A model generated the notes under the pieces. The model ran no database searches. It saw nothing but the letters and a program-made list of their open reading frames with translations, and was not told the DNA's origin. Source: a virus. From it: a stretch of 64,000 bases of DNA. Made by a program: the position numbers and the translations under genes. Below, piece after piece: positions 43,901 through 56,274 of the stretch; the first letter of the stretch is position 1, and each line of letters starts with the position of its first letter. Where the stretch lies: IMG/VR virus record IMGVR_UViG_3300025011_000019, positions 32,001-96,000 of that record. The stretch is one strand, 5' to 3'.

Positions 43901-46900
43901 AAGAATTGACGAATATATAAACGCATATGAAAGATTATATCAGTTTATAGATCAAATCAGCAATGAATTAAATCAAAATTCTTCAACATGAGTAATAATG
44001 AAACCGTAAAATTAGATGGACGAACAAGGATTTGTTTAAGGAGGGACTATATGATAAATTTAAAATATCTTCCATATTATTATGGTATAATGTCTGGAGA
44101 AGGCAAAAGTAGAATTAATTTGTTAATGCAAGAAGAAAAATTATTAACAGAAATTGAAACTATTATAAGTAAAGAGTTAGCATCTAAGATAAAAGATGAA
44201 TTTAAATCAACATATCATGACTATGATTTCATACGTTATTTAGGAATTTTGAGAAGATGTAAAATATTGTTGTTAAAAGACATTAATGATTTTGATTCAA
44301 TTAGAAAAATAATCAATAAGAATTTAGACTTTGTACTTTAAATGATAGATATTATCGGATGATATGAAAGGATGTTGAATTATGGATATTAACGAACTAA
44401 AAGAAAAGATTGAAGAAATGCTGAAAGAGGCAGAAGAATCTGCAAAGCAACCATATTTAAAGGATTTAACATATTCGTTTAGGGATGGTAAAGTATATGC
44501 ATTAGAGAAAGTTTTAGATTTATTTCATAGACTAAAATAACCCCTAACAAACAGGAAATCGAAAGGAAGTATGAATATGGATGTCTCTAAAATGTCTGCA
44601 CAAGAATTGCAAGAGTTAAGTAAGCAAGTAGAAAAGCAACAGAAACTATTAAAGGAAGAAGAATTAAATAAACGCAAAAATATTGCAAAAGCTAAAATTG
44701 AAAAATTCAGAGAGCAAAAAGATTTGATTCTGAGTTTAATCAATCATAGTAGAACTTCTTGTAGCGATACAAATGTTTGTAATGGATATGGTTCTGCTAA
44801 TTATGGTGTAAGGTGTACGAAATGTCATTTGATTGAGATATTTGATAAGGAATGGGATGATGGTGAGTGGGAAGTTGATTTTGATGTTACGATTACTAAG
44901 GTGCAATAGTAGTAGGGAATTCATAAATTGAAGTATTAAGGAGGAAAATTATGTTGTATAATGGTTCAGAAGAAACATCTTTTAATTTTGTATATGCAGA
45001 TATCCCAAATTATAAAGCACAGTGGTATTTAAAAATTTCTTCGGAAAATCTCAATGGATTAGTTGAAATTATTGAATGGTTAAAAGGCAAACTAGGTGGT
45101 ATTTATTCTAGACAATTAGAGCAATTATTAGAAGGCAAAATAAAAGAATCAAATATCCACAATCCTTTCTTATTTATAGACAATTTAACTTCTAATGTTA
45201 TTAAAACTTTAGAACAAGGGAAAACATTATTATGGGCTAGTGACGCTAATCGTTTTGAATTAAATGAAAATGTAACAGTATTAAAGGAAATTAAAACTGA
45301 CAATTACCAATTTCCTGATATTGAAGAAGTTATTAATATTGCTAAAGGTGGGGAGGTAAGCATTATTATCTCCAAAGTAATATGCCAAGGAATATCGAAA
45401 GACTACAATTTAATTCAATGTGGGAAGCAAAAGATGAAGCATTAAAATATGTAGATGAAAAACATATTAGTGTAAATACGTCTAAGATATATACTCATGA
45501 AGGTGATTAGAATTAGAATTCCATTTGAAAGACTCATTTTAAATGACGAAAAATGAAAGAAGGTATTTATTATGAAAAAATATACAAATGATGAATTAAA
45601 GCAACTTATAGGCAATATTAGCGAAGAAATAATACAGAAAAAGAATGAATTAAATTTATTACATGACAAAGTAAAACAATATAAGAGTTTATGCAATCAT
45701 AGTGATTTAACTATTAATGATTGGGGATCAGCCGATTGTAAAATATGTGGGAAACATCTTAGTTGGTACTGTCCAACTTCACCAACTTTAGAATGTGATT
45801 ATGAGCAGGAAGATGGAAGTTATAATGAAGACTCTTGCAGATATTGTGGAGATCCCGAAGAAAGGAAATGATAAAATGTCTCAATGTCTAAGATGTGGTC
45901 ACTGTTGTAAAGGTTATTTATGTTTTGTACCAAAATATGAAACAAGCGACTTATCTCCTGATTTTTTGGAAACTGTAAATGAAGATAATTTAGATGATTA
46001 TATAAATGAAAATATTGAAGAACAAGGATCTGTTTGTAAATGGTTAACCGTAGATGGGCAAGGAATGCATTCTTGTTCTGCTTATGAGAGAAGGTCTAGC
46101 ATGTGTAGAGACCATAATTCTTTGATTGGAATATGTCGAGTTGGACAATCATATTGGAAAGATAGAAAAGATATTCCTGAAGAAATTAAGAGTATATTAC
46201 AGGAGGTCAGTAATGGAATTAGATAAATTACTTGAAGAAATTGAGTATTTAAAAGAAGCAGAGGAATTATTGAATAAAATTTATACAAGTATTGGAGTTT
46301 ATAATTTGAAAATATTGGATGGTAAATTTGATTATCCTAAACCATTATCGACTATGATTAGAAATCATTTTAAGTTTGATGATAGTGAATAGAATAACTT
46401 ATTTTATAAGGAGGATAAAGGATATTATGTGGTTTCTAAAAGAAATTACTACTCCACAATTTACGCTTCTTGATATTATAGTTTGGTTGTATGCTTGGGG
46501 AATCACAAGCAATGTTTATAAAACTTTAATAGCTGGGTTAATATGGATGACAATTGAATTTATTATTAAGTATAAAATTAGAAATAAGGAAATTAAACTA
46601 AAACAACAGGAAAAATTAAAGCAGTTGGATTAACAGTCTTAGAAAGGAGACAAAATCATGGAAGAAGAATTATTAAAATCTACAATTGGTTTGGAAATTT
46701 CTAATGTTGAAATCTACAAAGATCATTGGGATACAAATATTATAAGAGTTGAATATACATTCACAAATGGTCAAAAATTAGCTATTACGGCTAGTGGCAC
46801 CGAAGCACAGTGGTTAGATATTTGTGATAGATAAATTAGAAAGGTGGTTTATTGAATGACTGAAAATGAATATCTTCAAGAAATTAACATCATCTATATT

Positions 46901-47909
46901 CAATTCAAAAACAGCAATCATTCAGAGATGGATCATGAAATTTTAGCTACTAAATTAATGTGGTTAACTATGGATTATAAAGAGGGAACAAACAGCAATA
47001 TGTGGAAGGATGATAAGTTTTGAAATCTAAACAAGAAGTAGAAAACTTTCTAAATAATACCAAGAAAAAGTTTGATCATTTTTATGGTGAAGATGTCGCT
47101 AAAATCATAGACAACAAATTTGAAATACATATGATTGTAAAAACTAAACACAATCTAGATATACCATCAAGAGAAGATAATGAACACAGATATTATTTTA
47201 TTAGAGACATTTTAGATAAGTCAGATCAAATATTTATTAATGTTAATCATGAAGGATTATTAGAAACTTGGTTTGTGTTTAATGGTTTGGGTGAAGAATA
47301 AAAGATGGATGGAGGGGATAAAAAATGTATACACCGGAATGGATAGGTAAAAAAGTTAAATTTAAAGTATTATGGGATGAAGATGATTTATTATTTATAC
47401 CCTATATTAATAAGGATGAGATATATGAAGGAATAATAATTAAGGAAAAGTATGGCTGTAAAAATTGCATAGAGTATATAAGAAAAACTCCTAATGGAAA
47501 TATTATTGATTATGCAGATTTAGCAGAAATTGAGTTTATGGAATACTATAAATTTTTATATGAATATAATTAACAAATTGAAAGGAGGAATTTTGAGATG
47601 AGTTATGATATTAATTTGGTTAACTGTGATGAAAAAGAAATATATGACGATAATTATACTTATAATGTTGCTAGTATGTTTAGAGACGCAATTGGTGGTG
47701 ATGGTTTATATGAATTATATGGCAAATCAGCGAAAGATTGCTTACCATTACTTAAAAATTCAATTAATAAAATGAAGAATAATCCAAAACATTATGAAGA
47801 TATGAATCCTGAAAATGGATGGGGAGATTACAAAGGGGCATTAAAAGTTTTAGAGAGATTATATTCTGCATGTGTTGAAAATCTAGATAGTAAAGTTATT
47901 ATTTCTTAA
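40935..47909 (+). CDS. Array of about 22 small hypothetical proteins, several Cys-rich and three apparently frameshifted
   Basis: RBS-led ORFs; frameshift candidates near 41060, 43120 and 45348. Confidence 0.6.
45876..46226 (+). CDS. CxxCxxCC (YkgJ-like) cysteine-cluster protein
   Basis: CLRCGHCC...CKWL...CSAYERRSSMCR. Confidence 0.75.
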   Translation: MSQCLRCGHCCKGYLCFVPKYETSDLSPDFLETVNEDNLDDYINENIEEQGSVCKWLTVDGQGMHSCSAYERRSSMCRDHNSLIGICRVGQSYWKDRKDIPEEIKSILQEVSNGIR

Positions 47910-48068
47910 ATTTCAAGATTTCCAATTTTCAAAAATCAAGCTATAAGCCACTTTCAGCGTACACTAAATCCATTAAAAATTGCATTTTAATTGTTTTGTG
48001 TAATTGACTTTATATTGTATTTGTGTTATTATAAATACAGAAATAAATTTATCAGGAGGTACATAAAA

Positions 48069-49188
48069 ATGTCAACTGCAAGAGAAAATCACATTGCAAG
48101 TATCAACTCCTTACTTGTAAAATACAATGCAACAAAGGACAGATATGGTACATATCGAATTGGAGATTATAAATTTGACACTAGGGCTGTAAACTTAAAA
48201 ATCCATCATGGTAAAATTAAAATCAAATCAACTCCTATGATGAAAGTTACATTAGAATCTCTAGAAAGATCATTGAAAATTTATGCAATGAAGGAGGATA
48301 ATTAAAATGAAAAAAAGATTAATAAAGAAATACAACAAATCAAGACTAGAAAATATCTTAACTCAAGTTTCAGATAAATTTACTATAACCAAGAAAACAT
48401 TTGGTGACGGATATTTTATATTTTCATTTGGTCAAAATACAGTGTGTCATTTTACATTAAAAGAAACTCCATTATGGAAATATGGAATATGGTTAACTAA
48501 AAAAGGATATCAAATTTTTGGTGAACATGAATGGCTTATTGATAAATTTAAACCAAGTGCAACATATTTAAGTTTTGAAAATGAGATTGATTTATTTCTA
48601 GAGAAAGTAAAAGTAATTAACGAAAATTCCAAATTGTGCTTCGTTGACTCATATACTGATGATAATGCTTTAGTTGCTTATGAAAAAGTAGATTGGGGTG
48701 ATGGAGAATTTTATTATCAGGGTTATCAATGTATTAGAGAATTTAACGAAGAAACTGAACTTTATAACCAATTTAGAAGAGATGAATCTATAACCCAAGA
48801 AGATTATGTAGAAAGGCAATGGAATGAATTTATTGAAATGAGAAGACAAACTGAAGAGAACCACGAATTTGACAGATTATTTGCTTTTAATTTCTTTAAA
48901 GAATTGCCAAATATGTTTTCACAAATAAAAATGGTAGGGATACGCGATGAGAATAAGGATGGATGTTGGAGTAGTCCACGATACAATATTAAGGTATTGG
49001 TAGACCAAAATATTTCACCAGAGGAGTTAGATAAGCAATATGAAGAATTGGATAATTTAGTGCATAGCAAAAATTATTCGGAAGAAAGGAAATCGCATGA
49101 ACATCAATTTTCATTAATTGGTTGTTATGATCATGTTAAGGATATTAGAGATTGTAATTATAAATATTATAAAGAGAAGGTGGTATAA
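48069..49188 (+). CDS. Two hypothetical proteins (48069-48305 and 48307-49188)
   Basis: Promoter TTGACT-17-TATTAT at 48004-48032; AGGAGG RBSs. Confidence 0.7.
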
Positions 49189-49358
49189 ATGATTGTAATT
49201 GCGTGGACACTTGTTATTATTTTATATATCATGGTAATATATCTATGGTGTAAAATGGTTAAAGAAACTTTTAAAATTACAAAAGAAAAATTATTTAAGC
49301 ACAAACTTTAAATTTGCCAATTTATTATTAATCTATAGAAAGGAGGTGATTCATATAA

Positions 49359-49586
49359 ATGAGGATGAGAGGATACACTTTAAAAGAAATGTCACAGATA
49401 CTAACACAGCATGGATGGAAACCATCTCATAGGAAAAGTTCCCACATAACTTTCCAAAATGAAAATACTGATAACCATATTACATTACCGGATCATGGTA
49501 AATCAAAAGAAATTTGCAGGCCACTGGCAAAGAAGATACTCAAGCAAGCAGGATTATTAGAATTTGCTTATGGTTGTGAATGTTAA
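49359..49586 (+). CDS. hicA: HicA-family mRNA interferase-like protein
   Basis: KEMSQILTQHGW...RKSSHITF...ITLPDHG...AKKILKQAGL. Confidence 0.8.
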   Translation: MRMRGYTLKEMSQILTQHGWKPSHRKSSHITFQNENTDNHITLPDHGKSKEICRPLAKKILKQAGLLEFAYGCEC

Positions 49587-49812
49587 TACATATTATAAAA
49601 ATAAAATTTTTAAACCATGCATTATCTCTTTAAATTGTAATATATTAAATCATAAATAAATTTAAGGAGTGATAATAATGAAAAATAAACTCTTAATTGC
49701 TCTTCTAATCCTCTTATTAGTCGCGGTGTATGTTAATGTCAATGATGATAGTAAAGAAGCTTACAGGTCAAATTCTGGGCTTACAGTGAAGATTTAAAGG
49801 AGGTTATAAAAA

Positions 49813-50373
49813 GTGGAAACAGTAGAACCAATCCGAGATAAGAAGAAGATCGAAGAGATGAAAATCTATTTAAAATCTCAAAGTCTTAGAGATTGGGCGT
49901 TATTTGTATTAGGAATTAATTCTGGATTAAGAATATCTGACTTACTTAAATTTAACGTTTCGGACGTAGTAGACGAAAAAGGTAAGGTTAGAGATAGGTT
50001 GATTGTAAAAGAAAAGAAGACATCTAAAACAAAAAGTTTTCCTTTGTCTGCAAACGCATTACAAGCATTGACGGAATATATTACATTTAGTAAACCAGAA
50101 ACAGTTCTATTTTCCTCTAGAAAAGGAAACGAACCGATTACTAGACAACACGCATATCGCATCATTAATAAAGCAGCACGATCTTGTGGTGTAAAGGAAA
50201 ATATTGGGAGTCACAGCCTTAGAAAAAGCATGGGTTATCATGCGTATATTGCAGGGGTAGATATTGTTATAATTCAGTCCATTTTAAATCATTCTTCTCC
50301 AAAGGAAACGTTGCGATATATCGGTATTACTCAAGATGAATTAGACGATGTATACATGGAACTTAACTTATAA
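49813..50373 (+). CDS. Tyrosine recombinase, catalytic domain only (186 aa)
   Basis: GLRISD (R), KEKKT (K), HSLRK (HxxR), LNHSS (H), TLRYIG (Y); AAGGAGG RBS with a GTG start. Confidence 0.92.
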   Translation: METVEPIRDKKKIEEMKIYLKSQSLRDWALFVLGINSGLRISDLLKFNVSDVVDEKGKVRDRLIVKEKKTSKTKSFPLSANALQALTEYITFSKPETVLFSSRKGNEPITRQHAYRIINKAARSCGVKENIGSHSLRKSMGYHAYIAGVDIVIIQSILNHSSPKETLRYIGITQDELDDVYMELNL

Positions 50374-50433
50374 TTACCATTATCAAAATCAATTATATTA
50401 AATAAAACTAAAAAACGAAAGAAGGTAATAAAC

Positions 50434-51255
50434 ATGGGATATCAAGAATCATATATCAAAACAAATTCAACTAAAAACTTCATCAAACTAGTCAATACAA
50501 TTAAAATCAATGGTAAAGATTCATTCAATATGCACATTCCAGTAGAAATTATTACTCTATTGAAACCAATTGACACTGACTATGGAAAATTCAAGAAAGG
50601 TGAGAAATTCATATTTGTAATTGGTGAAAGACATGGGCAAAGAAATTCAAATAACTTCTTTGAGTATTGTGATAATGTTCCTGAAGAATTATTTAATAAT
50701 CTAGAAATTTACTTTACTGAAAGTTTTCCTTCTGAAGATATTTTTAAGAATAATGAAATAACTAAATTAGCATTACATGAACCATTTCCTTGGGAATAAA
50801 ATAAATAAAAGGAGGGAACTAACATGAAACAATTAACAAACCGTGAAAAGATCATCAAGATATTACTCGAATGGAAGGAAGATGATAAATAAATGTATCT
50901 ATTATACTTCATACCAAAACGTGTAATCCAAGAATACCAACAACATATTCATAATGCTAAATCACTAACCACTCCAATTATTAAACGTAAAATTAGTGCT
51001 ATGATTCATGCTACAAAATATTGTAGAGTTAATCTAGGAAACAATAAATATCAACATCGTTTTGGTCATTGTAAAATGATTGTAGAGGAAAATAATTTAA
51101 CTGTATCAAAAGTTGAATATATTATCGTTGGTAGTGTTAATCAAGGTGATGGCAAGTTTTATGATAGAATATGCAAGAAATATTATGGATTGAACGATAA
51201 ACATACTGAATTTGCTGAAACTTGTAAAAATAAAATTATTGAAGGAGTGTGTTGA
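50434..51255 (+). CDS. Two hypothetical proteins (50434-50799 and 50893-51255)
   Basis: RBS-led ORFs. Confidence 0.65.
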
Positions 51256-51256
51256 C

Positions 51257-51676
51257 ATGTTAGCAAAACCTGAACATGGATGGGTCAATGTACAGTTAGA
51301 AGGATTCTCAGAAAGAGCAAGTTATATGACTGATATTCCAAATGATTGTTTAGATGCTTTTATCTATGCTTTACAAAATAATTCGCCTACTGTAATTTTC
51401 TTTGATGCGGAAGGTTGAGATTTTCATTTAGTTGCATCATGGTATCAAAGTTACGTAATTCTAGACAAAGATGATGTAAAAGTATTTGAAATTAAAAAAT
51501 ATTTATTTGAACTTGCAAAAGAATTATATGAAGACATCAACAACAATCTTAATGATTGGTTAAATTGGGACTATGCAGATGATGAAGAGGAGTTAAAAGA
51601 ATATAGAGAAAAACTTATTATGAAATTAAATACATTGGGAGTCGAACTTGCAAAAAGAGAAAAGTGTAGTCCATGA
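51257..51676 (+). pseudogene. Gene interrupted by a single in-frame TGA
   Basis: ...FFDAEG*DFHLVASWY...; the frame stays open 85 codons past the TGA at 51416-51418. Confidence 0.6.
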
Positions 51677-51728
51677 AAATGTTGAATTCATGTGGTGAAA
51701 ATAAATATAATTTGAGGAGGATTTAATT

Positions 51729-52304
51729 ATGAAAAAGATGCCATCTTTGTTTGTACGAACTTTTAACGGCCATGCTATTGCTAATATTACTTCTGAAATT
51801 ACAATTGGGTGTGAGTGGGTGCTTGAAGGAGAAGGATTTGCTACTAGGAAATATGATGGAACATGTTGTTTGATTCAAGATGGTTCTATTTATAAGAGAT
51901 TTGATTTTAAACTAGGTAGAAAGTTACCTAATAACGCAATTCCATGTCAAGATGAAGCAGATCCTATTACTGGACATTTTCCTCATTGGGTTTTGTGTGA
52001 TTCTAACAATCCTAATGACAAATGGCATATAAAAGCATTTGAAAATAGTAATTGTTTGGCAGATGGAACTTATGAATTATGCGGAGTTCATTTTCAGAAA
52101 AATATTGATACTATGGTCATAGATGGCGATATTTTGATTAAACATGGTGAAACCATTCTAGATGTTGAAAGATCATTCGAAGGCATTAAAGAATATCTTA
52201 GTGAGAATATGATTGAGGGTATTGTTTTTCATAGAGATAATGGTGATATGTGTAAAATAAAGCGTTCTGATTTTGGTTTTGATTGGGGAAATAAAAAGAG
52301 ATAA
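51729..52304 (+). CDS. ATP-dependent RNA ligase-like nucleotidyltransferase (DUF5565-like)
   Basis: TRKYDGTC (motif I KxDG), TYELCG (III), IEGIVFH (IV), MCKIKR (V). Confidence 0.75.
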   Translation: MKKMPSLFVRTFNGHAIANITSEITIGCEWVLEGEGFATRKYDGTCCLIQDGSIYKRFDFKLGRKLPNNAIPCQDEADPITGHFPHWVLCDSNNPNDKWHIKAFENSNCLADGTYELCGVHFQKNIDTMVIDGDILIKHGETILDVERSFEGIKEYLSENMIEGIVFHRDNGDMCKIKRSDFGFDWGNKKR

Positions 52305-52620
52305 AACTTAATTTACTTCATACATAAAGGAGGAATAATTTTATGACATCAGAAGGTTTTATTGTAGGAATTGACTGCAAAATAAAAGAATTATCAGAAA
52401 GAATTGAAGAGATTTTACTTATATGTGAAAAAAGATTGAAAGATTTGGGATGCAAAGATAAAGAAGATTTAATTTTCCCTTCTAATATTTATTATAGAAA
52501 TGATGAATTATATGTTACTTGTGATATTTGGGTTAAAAAATATTGGGACGAACTAAATTATATGGAGGATGTTTAAATGTTAAGTGAGCATGATATAATA
52601 ATTAAGAAAGGATTTACATA

Positions 52621-53199
52621 ATGCAAACTCAAACACAACTAAAACCGCAAACTGAAAATATAAAACTAATTCAACCTAAAGTATTTAATTTTCGTAAACA
52701 CTGGTCTAAGAAAGTAAAACCATATTTATTTCATAAAGATGTTCAATATGCTTTAGATTATGGCATGAATTTAATGATGGAATTATGGAGATACGAAAAT
52801 AAAATCACTAATGAAAAATTAGAATCAATGAATGAATATATGAAAGATTGGTACTCATGGATTCCAGGTAGTCCTCCATACCATAAAACATCTTCTGATT
52901 ATTGGTGTTATCATCGAAAACCATTGAAACATTCAGTAGGTTGGTATCAATGTAGACACTGTTGCCATTGGATTTGTTACTTTTGTATTGAATTAGGAAT
53001 GAAAATATATCCTAAACTCGATTGGTATATTGTGTCTGGCAGAAGACATTCTGTAGCAGTTGGATTTAAATATGGTCAACCTTATATGATTTTTGATATA
53101 CTTAATTTTGAGGATATGTCAGCAGAGAATATATTAGATTTTGCTGATAAGAAAATGACTAAGAAGGTTTATGAGAAGAAATGGAAGAATAAAAGGTAG
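52621..53199 (+). CDS. Hypothetical protein with a possible Cys-His-Asp catalytic triad
   Basis: HCCHW...RRHSVAV...IFDIL. Confidence 0.5.
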   Translation: MQTQTQLKPQTENIKLIQPKVFNFRKHWSKKVKPYLFHKDVQYALDYGMNLMMELWRYENKITNEKLESMNEYMKDWYSWIPGSPPYHKTSSDYWCYHRKPLKHSVGWYQCRHCCHWICYFCIELGMKIYPKLDWYIVSGRRHSVAVGFKYGQPYMIFDILNFEDMSAENILDFADKKMTKKVYEKKWKNKR

Positions 53200-53234
53200 G
53201 TATTATATAATTTACTGGAAAGGAGAGAAAAATA

Positions 53235-55973
53235 ATGCAATTAATATCTAAAACAGAAAATAATGAGAAAACAATTAAATTCACAGTAGATGAATATGAA
53301 CATTTATTAAAAATCTTAGACATTTGTACTCCACCAGAACATCGTAATTATTTATATGAGATAATGTTAAAGATGCATAATGATTTATATAATATGGATT
53401 TGACTTAAAAGCAAGATTCGTGGTAGAAGGAGAAGATTAAAATGAAAATTGATGATGTAAAAATCAATCAAACATTAACCAAATATAATGAATTAAAAGG
53501 TGTAGATGTTCATATTGACCGCTATGATAGTGATAGCATCAAAAGACAAAAAGATATGATGTGTGGTAAACTATGGGGATATGAGGAAGCTCTTAAACAA
53601 TTAGGAATTATTGAATAAAATAAAAGGAGATTAAATAAATGAAAATTACAACCACCCTAGAAGTTTCCAAACAAGAGAAGAACATAATCTATAACGCATT
53701 AGAAGCATACATTAAATATCTCACTGAAGTGTTACCAGACAGTCCAGAAGGTAGCTGTAAGGCGTTAATTAGTGAAACCTTAACTCAGACCAATAGATTA
53801 ATATCTGAGATGGAATTAAGCATGTAATAAGCAGAAAGAAGGAATTATTAAATGGAAAACATTATGAAGATATTTGACGCTCAAGACAAAGAAGAAATGA
53901 AAAATGCTTTTATTGAAATTATCAAGGAACATTTTAAAACAGAATTAGAGGATATGGGAGTATATCTATTTGATCCTAATGAAATTGAAGAAAAGATTAA
54001 TGATGCATTTTCAGAAGTTATTAAGGAAATTAAGGCAGAATTTAAAGAAAAGTTAAGAGAACAAATGGCTGTATTTTATGATAAGAAGGTAAGTAAGATA
54101 ATGAGTGGGATTAAGTAAGGAAGAAAAGTTGTTTATTAGAAGAATGTGAAAGAGTCGTTGGAATAATGGTTGGTCAAGGGCATTAAAATCCCACGTTCAT
54201 AGTATTTAAGAAAGGAATTATCTTTATGATTTATGGATTAATACTTATAGTTTTTCTTTTAGGAATCTATTTTTTCATGATAAATATCACGGATTTAAAA
54301 AGTAACAAATTTTTATATTTGAGTTCATTAATGTTTATATCATCTTTGACACTAATAATGTTTGAATGGATATTTATGCATAGATAGATGAAAGACATCT
54401 TTGATAGGGTTAGAAGAAAGGAATAAAATAATGAAGAAAATCAAAAAACCAAAGAAAAGTAGAAAATGCAAAGAAGATTTTGTTGATAAGGTAGAAAAAT
54501 TTATTGCTACAACTGATGATTGGTGTCCTAACTATGAAGGAGATAAAGTTAGAATATTTCTATTGCGAAATAAATACAAAGAAGATAAATTTAATTTTGT
54601 TCGTATTGCAGTATGGGGTAATGATGACCTTGGTTTAGAAATGGATTTTAAAGGAACTTCCGAAGAAAATAGGCTCAAGTATATTGAATGGAAAGAAAAT
54701 ATATTTGATAAAGTGCCAGAACCTTGTACAATGGAATATTTAAGGAAACTTGGTTTTTATAACGCTTAATAATTATCCCAGAAAACACGCATTTTATCTT
54801 CTTTTAGGATTTGAAAAACGGGGCATTAATGAGCATGTGAACGTATGAAGGAGGTTCAATATTGAAAGTTGCAGTTAAAGAACAGCTAGAAAAACCATTG
54901 TTGGAAATAGGAAAATTGAGTTTGCTTTGTATAGATGAATATAAACATTATCATTTTACTGATGAAAAAGGTGTTCGTCAATCAGGAGATATAAGTGATT
55001 TAATTGCATGGTTTACTAAACAAGTTATGACTCTTGACCATGATGGAAGTATGCAAATAGATTTTACAAGGTTTATCTATTATAAAGAGTATGAAGATGA
55101 ACTTGACAATCTGTTTGGAAAGAAATAGAACGCATTTCATTTCTAGAAAGGATGATTAATTTGCATAACTTTGTGTGTGGTTGGTTAGATTTAAATGGGG
55201 AATTTCATATCTGTGGTGAATATGAACATATTAGTTTAGCAGATGAATTGGAGAATAAATTAGGGTTGAAGATATATGATCGTGAGAACTTTAAACTATT
55301 TCATGGTGAGCATTTACTTGAAAAGTTAGGTTGGGTTAAGTTTACTCAAGCAGAATTTTACAAGGAGTATGATTCCTATCCAGATAAAGGTTATGTATTT
55401 TTCCTTTGGTCAGAACATCAATTAACCAGAGGGCAAACTGATTGGTTGCTGGATAACATGTTAACATTTTCTCCTTCTCAAATTAAAATGATTGAGGACA
55501 TTTTTAGGAATCAAATGGATTTTTGGAATAGGTGATAAAACGGTGATTTCATCACCAGAAGGAGGAAATTAATGAGTGAAGAGAACTCTTTTGAATACAA
55601 AAAAGGATACTTAGACGGAATCCAAGACTGTAAAAAAGATATTAAAAAACAAATAGTTGAATTAATTGATAATGGTTTTATTTCTTCTCTTGAAGATGTA
55701 ATAAGATATTTAGAGAGCAAAGGTATGTAATATTCAATATAAGGAAGAATAAAATGGCGATTTTATAGTTAGGAGGAGAAAACGTAAATGAACATTTGTG
55801 AGAAATTAATTTGTCATTCTTGTGAAGAGGAAAAATGTGAGAATACTGAACAATGGTATGCTTGTGCAGACTTTGACCGCTATTGTGATTCTAAAGAAAT
55901 AAATGTAGAGAATATTGCATTTGGTACATGTTGTTCAAATTGCAAAGAAAAATTAGTTTATAATATAAGATAA
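53235..55973 (+). CDS. Array of about 10 small hypothetical proteins, including 55152-55535
   Basis: RBS-led ORFs with AAA-N6-TTT sites at the junctions. Confidence 0.6.
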
Positions 55974-56228
55974 ATGGAGGAAATTAAATTGGAAAATGAT
56001 TTAAGGAAAACAGAGACAAATGGTGTGGAGAAAGTATTGAAAAATCTAGGTTTTCAAATGTGCGAACCAGATGGGACTTATAGACCTTTCAATGAAGTGA
56101 TGATTGACTTGGGTGAAGCTATTAAAAAATTAAGAGAGACTAGTAATGAAAAACAATTTGAAATTATGAGAGATCATATCTATAATACCATCGTTGGAGC
56201 AAGATATAAAAACCAATTTAAGTTTTAA
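55974..56228 (+). CDS. Small protein resembling a tape-measure-protein segment
   Basis: VEKVLKNLGF....DGTYRPFNEVMIDL...IVGARYKNQF. Confidence 0.5.
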   Translation: MEEIKLENDLRKTETNGVEKVLKNLGFQMCEPDGTYRPFNEVMIDLGEAIKKLRETSNEKQFEIMRDHIYNTIVGARYKNQFKF

Positions 56229-56274
56229 ATGAAGATATAAATCAACCATTTTAATCATAAAAGGAGACTCAAAA

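Noticed and set aside
49813-50373. Prophage integrase marking an att boundary
   Set aside because: It lacks N-terminal arm- and core-binding domains, and phage-like genes continue on both sides.
51416-51418. Genome-wide stop-codon recoding
   Set aside because: TGA, TAG and TAA all end many intact genes and long ORFs are uninterrupted; the few internal stops are of mixed type.
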